Assembly: GCA_903873415.1 (NCBI GenBank)
Contig: CAIQOK010000121.1
Location: 1,486-65,485 of the forward strand
Source of the DNA: an uncultured Verrucomicrobiota bacterium
GTDB taxonomy: Bacteria > Verrucomicrobiota > Verrucomicrobiia > Limisphaerales > CAIQOK01
Reading direction: 5' to 3'
Length of the DNA stretch: 64,000 bases
The translations under genes and the position numbers were made by a program. The notes under the pieces were generated by a model, which worked only from the letters and a program-made list of their open reading frames with translations, was not told where the DNA came from and did not search any database. Below, piece by piece: positions 58,166 to 64,000 of this stretch (the stretch's first letter is position 1; the number at the start of each line of letters is the position of its first letter).

Positions 58166-59042
58166 TTGCTGCATTTACCCTTTGCTGTTCATGCTCGTCT
58201 CTTGGCCATCCCAGGGGCGCCTACTTACGTCGACGGCCACAGAACGGGAACACGCATCGTCGCGGACAAAATCATGGCCAAGGCGTTCCCCGGGCGATGG
58301 GCGCGGATCGACGCGGCGGCATTCCACCAAATTCTGACATGCGGATGAATTGATGGCGCTGACTCGACATCTGCAGCCTCAAATCATCATCAATAATCGA
58401 GGGGTAAATCTCTGGTTCAATGGTTGCGACGCGCCCGGTTCGGTGCCTTCCAACGTTCTGGGGGATCATGACACGCCCGAAGGAAGCATCGGCTCCTTTC
58501 AAAATGACCACCCGTGGGAAACCTGCAACATGATCATTCATACTCCCGGCGGTTATGCGTGGGCTTATCGTTCGGACCAAGACTTCATCCGCCTTCTGGG
58601 CGGGTGTGTTCAGATGCTGGCCGGTTGCGCGACCGGGGATGCCAACTTGATATTGGATGTCGGACCAAACGCGCTCGGCGAAATCCCAACAGATCAAGCC
58701 GGGCGACTCCGGGAAATGGGCGGGTGGATGCGAAAGAACGGAGCGAGCATCTATGGAACTCGCGGCGGCCCCTTCCGTAACGGAGCTTGGGGAGCCTCCA
58801 CCTACAAGGGAAAAAAGGTTTATCTCCATTTATTCAAATGGGACGGCGACCGCTTCGTTTTGCCTCCGCCCAAAGCAAAAATCCTATCGTGTTCAGTTGA
58901 ATTCACGCAAACTATGGACAACATCACCCTAGCGCTGCCGGCGGAAAAGCAGAACAAAACCAACACGGTCATGACGGTGGAGCTTTCCAGAGTGGCGGGG
59001 GATGAAATGGCAAACGACAGACCCTTGGACGTTAAAAAGTGA
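58166..59042 (+). pseudogene. Alpha-L-fucosidase (GH29) remnant: C-terminal ~230 codons intact, N-terminal catalytic half missing or frame-disrupted
   Basis: 58350-59042 encodes ELMALTRHLQPQIIINNRG...GDHDTPE...HPWETC...GDANLILDVGPNALGEIP...LREMGGWMRKNGASIYGT, matching the central to C-terminal GH29 pattern. Upstream the frame breaks at ~58335-58349. Only ~480 nt separate it from the prx gene, too short for the ~230-250-aa N-terminal part, and stops occur in all frames. Confidence 0.65.
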
Positions 59043-59052
59043 ACCAACTAAA

Positions 59053-60258
59053 ATGAAAATCAGATTGAACTGGATCCGTCAATTCGTGGCATTGCAGGCC
59101 GTGCTAAAAACATCCTCAGCAATTGCGGCCGGGACAATCGCCCTGTCCAGCCCCTCGGACTATCAGGTAATTCAGCGTGGAAGCTCGGATGCCGGAATAT
59201 TACACATCCAGGGCAAAACGACGTTCATTGCAAAAAAGTGGCAATATCGGCTTCTGGGCAAACCTCTTTCTGGAAAACCGAATGAAACCTGGCATCGATT
59301 CCAAAACCAAGCCAAAGAAGGCAACGTCGACTTTGTGATCAAAGCACCCGCCGGAGGATGGTATCGACTGGAAGTGCGCGGTCAGGGCGCAGACGGCACC
59401 TCAGCCAAGACCAGCGTGGCTCATGTGGGTGTCGGCGAGGTGTTCATTATTGCGGGCCAGTCCAACGCCGGCAACTACGGTGCCGGAACCCAGATTACAC
59501 GGAGTGGCGATGTAGGGTCTTTCAGCGGCGTGCAGTGGGCGCTGGCTAACGATCCCCAGCAGGGCGCGGGGGGCTGGGACGGAGGCGGCAGTTTCATGCC
59601 CGCATTCGGGGACGCCATGAGCGAGCGATTTCATGTTCCCATCGGCATTGTCGCCATTGCGGACGGCGGAACAAGCGTTCGCGAGTGGCTGCCCAAGGGA
59701 TCACGGATACATCAACAACCCACCACCGGGGGCCACGTTTCACCGGCAGGGCCCGGCGAATGGACCTGCACCGGAGCGCTTTTCGATCGTTTTTCAAAGC
59801 GCTTCGACGCCCTCGGAACCAATGGATTCAGAGCCATACTCTGGCATCAGGGGGAAAGCGATGCGGGCCAGGCAAGGGCCGGATATCCGGCAGACCGCCA
59901 GATCACCGGCGAACAGTATTTCCAATTCATGTCGGACTTGATCGACGCCACCCGGAAACAGGCGGGCTGGCCCCTACCCTGGTTCACCGCGCAAACCACC
60001 TACCATAGCGAGCAGGACGCCTCCGATCCCGAGTTCCGTGCAGCGATGAGGAAACTCTGGGACCGGGGCTTGTCACTGGAGGGACCGGACACGGATGATC
60101 TCCGGGCCGGATATCGCGCCGGGGTTCACTTCAACAGTAACGGACTGCAAAAGCACGGTCAGATGTGGGCGGAGAAAGTGGGACCGTGGCTTGAGAAACA
60201 ACTCATCCAAGGCGAAGCCGGACCTGCAAAATCCAAGCCCAGCATTCATAAACACTGA
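59053..60258 (+). CDS. Sialate O-acetylesterase-like (SASA/DUF303) carbohydrate esterase, secreted
   Basis: ATG 59053 with signal peptide. VFIIAGQSNAGNYG (catalytic Ser block) and RAILWHQGESDAG. Confidence 0.8.
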   Translation: MKIRLNWIRQFVALQAVLKTSSAIAAGTIALSSPSDYQVIQRGSSDAGILHIQGKTTFIAKKWQYRLLGKPLSGKPNETWHRFQNQAKEGNVDFVIKAPAGGWYRLEVRGQGADGTSAKTSVAHVGVGEVFIIAGQSNAGNYGAGTQITRSGDVGSFSGVQWALANDPQQGAGGWDGGGSFMPAFGDAMSERFHVPIGIVAIADGGTSVREWLPKGSRIHQQPTTGGHVSPAGPGEWTCTGALFDRFSKRFDALGTNGFRAILWHQGESDAGQARAGYPADRQITGEQYFQFMSDLIDATRKQAGWPLPWFTAQTTYHSEQDASDPEFRAAMRKLWDRGLSLEGPDTDDLRAGYRAGVHFNSNGLQKHGQMWAEKVGPWLEKQLIQGEAGPAKSKPSIHKH

Positions 60259-60386
60259 TGCTTACACCACCTTCTCACGGCAATGGAACCCGCGTGCCAA
60301 CTGAGGAAATACGGAATTATGAAGGGAAGAGCTCCGGCACGGCACTTGGACATATCATTACGGACAAATTGAAAGGAAAGAGACGA

Positions 60387-62687
60387 ATGCAAAATTGGAT
60401 TGGCAGATGGTGCGGAACAGGGCTCCTGACGGTGATACAACTGGCGTGTGCAGAGACCATGAAGGCGGCGGATGCCGGTTACAATCCGGTTTTGGTCAAT
60501 GGCCACAGGCCTTCAGCCTATGTGAACCCATTCATCGGCGCCGTCACTCATTCTGTTTTACGTAACGCTGACAGCCAGGGAAAGACCATTCCCGGAGCCT
60601 GTTACCCTTACGGGCTGGTTCAGCTGAGCCCCGACTCCATCACGGGAGGCGACAACGGCTCGGGCTACAACTACGAGCACCGCACTCTGCAAGGCTTCAG
60701 CTTCACCCACATGAGCGGGGTGGGATGGTATGGGGATCTGGGCAACTTCCTGGTCATGCCGAGCACCGGCCAACTCAAAACCAGCTACGGACTCGTCAAC
60801 ATCCCCAACTCCGGCTATCTCTCGCGCAAGGGCAATGAAACCGCCTCGCCCGGCTACTACGCCGTGTCGCTGCTGGATTATGGCATCCGCGCGGAACTGA
60901 CCGTCGCCGCGCACAGTGGCATGCTTCGTTTCACCTATCCTCAGAGCAAGCAATCGCGCATCCAGATCGATCTGGCCCGGCGCATCGGCGGGACGTCAGA
61001 ACTGCAATCCGTGAAGGTGGTTGGCGAGCGCTCCATTGAGGGATGGATGCGTTGCACCGAAAAAGGCGGCGGCTGGGGCAATGGCGGCGGGCACCCGAAC
61101 TACACCGTCTTTTTTCATGCGGAATTCAGCAAGCCTCTCAAAAATTTCGGCATCTGGTCCATGGCAATTTCAAAAGGAGCCCGCCGACGCGGCGCTCTGC
61201 CTGATGAAGACCCTGCCTTCGTCAAACAAATGGCCAGTGCTGATGTCATCAGGGGTTGCCGCGAGCTGGAGGGGGCGCATCTGGGCTTCTTCACCGAATT
61301 CGAGAGCGGCACCGATGAGATCGTGCTCATGAAGAGCGGCATATCCTACACCAGCCTCGAAGGTGCGCGCCAAAATGTGGCGGAGGAGATCCCCGGCTGG
61401 AATTTCGACAGCGTTCGCTCGGCAGCGCGCGACCGCTGGGACCGTGAAATCTCCCGCATTGCAATCCAAGGCGGCACCGAATCGCAGCGCATCGCTTTCT
61501 ACACCGCCCTGTATCGCGCCATGATCGATCCACGCGCCTTCGCCGACCGCAGCGGAGCCTATCCTGGCGGTGATGGCAAGATCCACACCGCGGCAAACTA
61601 CACCCGACGCACCATTTTCAGCGGCTGGGATGTCTACCGGAGCCAGTATCCATTGATGACCCTGATTGCTCCGACAGTGGTTCAGGATATGATTCATTCG
61701 CTGACCGATCTGGCCGTCGAGAGCAATAAAGGCTACCTCGAACGCTGGGAGTTCCTCAATGCCTACAGCGGATGCATGAACGGCAACCCGGCCGTGCCCA
61801 TTATCGCCGATGCCTATGCCAAGGGCATTCGGGGCTATGACGCCCAACAGGTTTATGCGATGGCAAAGCAAACCTGCGAAAAGATAGGACCCGGTGATAA
61901 AGGCTACTTTCCAAGCGCGCTGTCCGACACAACCGAACATAATCTGGATGAATGGTGCCTCTCGCAGATGGCTCATGCCCTCGGAAAAGAAGAGGATGCC
62001 AGGCGCTTCGCCGCACGCAGCCAGGGCTATCGCCACTTATTCAACCCCAAGACAGACTGGTTTGAGGGGGGGTGCGTCGAAAGCAACCCCGGGCAGCAGG
62101 GTTGGTTTGTGCCCCATGACGTTCCGGGCCTGATCGAGCTGGTCGGCGGACCGGAAAAATTTGTGTCGCGGTTGAATAACTTCTTCGAGAGGACACCGGA
62201 TGTCACCCGCTGGAATGATTTCTACAACCATGCCAACGAGCCGGTCCACCAGATCCCGTTTCTCTTCAACCGGGCCGGGGCGCCCTGGCTGACCCAGAAA
62301 TGGGTCCGTTATGTCTGCGAAAACGCCTACGGCTGCGATGTCTACGGGTGCTGCGGCGACGATGATGTGGGCCAAATGTCCGCCTGGTTTGTGCTCTGCG
62401 CCTCCGGCCTTCACCAGGCCTGCACGGGCGATACCCGTTATGAATTGTTCACCCCGCTCTTCGACTCGGTCATCATCCGCATCGATCCGCTTTATGGCAG
62501 GAACAAAACCTTCACCATCACCACCTGCGGCAACGGACCGGGCCCGCGCTACATTCAATCGGCCACACTCAACGGCCACCCGTTAAACCGTTGCTGGCTT
62601 GATCACAAGGAAATCGTCGCCGGGGGAACACTCCAACTCAACCTCGGCACAGAACCCGAAAAAACCTGGGGAATTTCCAACCACTAG
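60387..62687 (+). CDS. GH92-family alpha-mannosidase, secreted
   Basis: ATG 60387 preceded by aaaggaaag. VNPFIGA...IPGACYPYGLVQLSPDS...GYNYEHRTLQGFSFTHMSGVGWYGDLGNFLVMP is the GH92 N-terminal signature. Also DDVGQMSAW. Confidence 0.88.
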   Translation: MQNWIGRWCGTGLLTVIQLACAETMKAADAGYNPVLVNGHRPSAYVNPFIGAVTHSVLRNADSQGKTIPGACYPYGLVQLSPDSITGGDNGSGYNYEHRTLQGFSFTHMSGVGWYGDLGNFLVMPSTGQLKTSYGLVNIPNSGYLSRKGNETASPGYYAVSLLDYGIRAELTVAAHSGMLRFTYPQSKQSRIQIDLARRIGGTSELQSVKVVGERSIEGWMRCTEKGGGWGNGGGHPNYTVFFHAEFSKPLKNFGIWSMAISKGARRRGALPDEDPAFVKQMASADVIRGCRELEGAHLGFFTEFESGTDEIVLMKSGISYTSLEGARQNVAEEIPGWNFDSVRSAARDRWDREISRIAIQGGTESQRIAFYTALYRAMIDPRAFADRSGAYPGGDGKIHTAANYTRRTIFSGWDVYRSQYPLMTLIAPTVVQDMIHSLTDLAVESNKGYLERWEFLNAYSGCMNGNPAVPIIADAYAKGIRGYDAQQVYAMAKQTCEKIGPGDKGYFPSALSDTTEHNLDEWCLSQMAHALGKEEDARRFAARSQGYRHLFNPKTDWFEGGCVESNPGQQGWFVPHDVPGLIELVGGPEKFVSRLNNFFERTPDVTRWNDFYNHANEPVHQIPFLFNRAGAPWLTQKWVRYVCENAYGCDVYGCCGDDDVGQMSAWFVLCASGLHQACTGDTRYELFTPLFDSVIIRIDPLYGRNKTFTITTCGNGPGPRYIQSATLNGHPLNRCWLDHKEIVAGGTLQLNLGTEPEKTWGISNH

Positions 62688-62830
62688 ATGCCTTGCACTT
62701 GGGCATTCTCATCAAACAACGCCCGCGGAAAAACACCGCAGCCATCGCTTACATTGCCGGTGGCAGAACAAACCAGGATCGAATGAAACTTCATGCCGAC
62801 TCCGGCAATTACTGAATCAAGGGCCGCACC

Positions 62831-64000
62831 ATGACACGCATTGTCTTTTCCTTCTTTGCAATTATAACCGGTCTGCTCACCGGAACGCTGGCCGCCTCCG
62901 ACAAGCCCAGTCCTCCATGGGCAGCAACTCTGGATCAGGCCGCCTTCACAAAAAACGGACTGGATCGGCTCCACCATCCGCACTACGAATATGAATGTCT
63001 GGGACTCGGCGGCACGGTCGCCCGAATCGATCCCTTTGGCTTCACCACGACCCCGGCCATCGGCATCAATACCAACGGCTATCTCAAACACTTACCCTAC
63101 CTCTCCTATCAGTATTGGTGGGACGAGGAGTCGCATCGCCACGTACCATTCGAGTTAAACGGCGGCTACGGCGCCCACCTCGCCACCGGACAGGCTTCCA
63201 GCTTCCGGCATCATCTGGATATCGCCACCGGTTTGCTCACCATTGACCTGGGCCTTAAGGTCGCTGCCACCGGCACGCACACCTTCCAAAGCCACCGGGA
63301 ACTTTTTGTCACACCCGACGGTGTTCTGGTCATTCGAATCACTGATGCCCCAAATGCGCCCACCCCTTTTCAACTTCAAATCGATACAAATAAGAAGGTG
63401 CGGATCTATTTGAATCAGGGCGTTTACGCCCGCGAACACGATCCTTGGAGCGGCACCGCAAGCGCCAGGCCGGAGGGCTTGGTGGTGACGGCCACACGCC
63501 CCAAATCCTGTGTCGCCACGCTCGCTGTCGCTGCAGATGGCGCAAACATCACCCTTGACCCCCAGGCACTTCGGATCGGATCCAAGCGTCCGGGCAAGAC
63601 CCTGACCTTTTACATCGCCCCGGGTTCGTCCTACGAGAGCAGCGATCCTGTGTCAGCGGCTTGGGAAAAGGCGGCTTCAGCCAAGCAACGTGGATATGCC
63701 GCTTCCCGCAGCGACACCGCAAGATGGTGGAGTCACTTTTATGCCCGAGCCTCCGTCACCCTGCCTGACACTGATCTGGCCGGATGGTACGCCAGATCCA
63801 CCTATTACCTCGGTGTTTTCTTCGGCCGGACGGATGTCCCGCCCGGCTGCAACGGCACCAGCGTTGAAAGTTTCGCCGGTGCTGTCTGTCCAGAATATGA
63901 CCTGGTCTTGGATCAACAGGCGCTCCTCTTGGGAAACCATTTTGATGAAGCCCGCCGTGTGGTCAACTGGCTGGGCCGCACCCTGCCCCGTGCCGAGCGC
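62831..64000 (+). CDS. Putative secreted glycoside hydrolase (GH65/GH95-like six-hairpin fold suspected), 5' 390 codons; runs off the right edge
   Basis: Absent from the ORF track because it is open at the edge. My translation from ATG 62831: MTRIVFSFFAIITGLLTGTLAAS...HLDIATGLLTIDLG...ARWWSHFYARASVTLPDTDLAGWYARSTYYLGVFFG... There is no stop through 64000. The family assignment is weak. Confidence 0.55.
   Translation, partial: MTRIVFSFFAIITGLLTGTLAASDKPSPPWAATLDQAAFTKNGLDRLHHPHYEYECLGLGGTVARIDPFGFTTTPAIGINTNGYLKHLPYLSYQYWWDEESHRHVPFELNGGYGAHLATGQASSFRHHLDIATGLLTIDLGLKVAATGTHTFQSHRELFVTPDGVLVIRITDAPNAPTPFQLQIDTNKKVRIYLNQGVYAREHDPWSGTASARPEGLVVTATRPKSCVATLAVAADGANITLDPQALRIGSKRPGKTLTFYIAPGSSYESSDPVSAAWEKAASAKQRGYAASRSDTARWWSHFYARASVTLPDTDLAGWYARSTYYLGVFFGRTDVPPGCNGTSVESFAGAVCPEYDLVLDQQALLLGNHFDEARRVVNWLGRTLPRAER

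Overview
This 64-kb, high-GC chromosomal segment carries about 45 protein genes and one tRNA. The gene content suggests a Verrucomicrobiota/PVC-type bacterium. That is an inference from tandem prepilin-like genes with the GFTLVEIMIVVAIIGLLAAIAIPNF N-terminus, Tat-signal Gfo/Idh/MocA and aldo/keto reductases, a sulfatase, many glycoside hydrolases and a giant Ig-repeat surface protein. Most of the window is ordinary core genome: aroG-type DAHP synthase (partial), sufT, glnE, a trmH-family methylase, lptF/G, lepA-lepB, rpsB-tsf, hisH, tilS-ftsH, rpe, trxB and a peroxiredoxin. Interspersed are two-component systems, a minimal ethanolamine operon (permease-eutB-eutC) and two groups of glycan-degrading enzymes (GH20, SGNH esterase and sulfatase; GH29 remnant, sialate O-acetylesterase, GH92 and a partial GH at the right edge). 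I found no CRISPR array, integrase, transposase, reverse transcriptase or recognisable defence or toxin system, and I cannot point to a clear novel multi-gene system. Seven things look most unusual. (1) A set of modular intergenic repeats (named R1-R5 here), including a ~130-bp element with imperfect terminal inverted repeats (MITE-like); these fill nearly every long intergenic gap. (2) Two of these modules sit in mirror-image order on both sides of the hisH-AKR-eutCB-permease block, next to tRNA-Phe. (3) A ~180-nt repeat pair lies in the same orientation upstream of two unrelated minus-strand genes. (4) An orphan regulator has an N-terminal XRE helix-turn-helix and a C-terminal receiver with a degenerate acidic pocket. 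(5) A 1574-aa surface protein was built by segmental duplication of a module plus four Ig domains. (6) trxB is frameshifted and a GH29 fucosidase is truncated. (7) A ~680-nt ORF-free leader precedes a CPA2 antiporter. All functional calls rest on motif recognition by eye; no database search was run.
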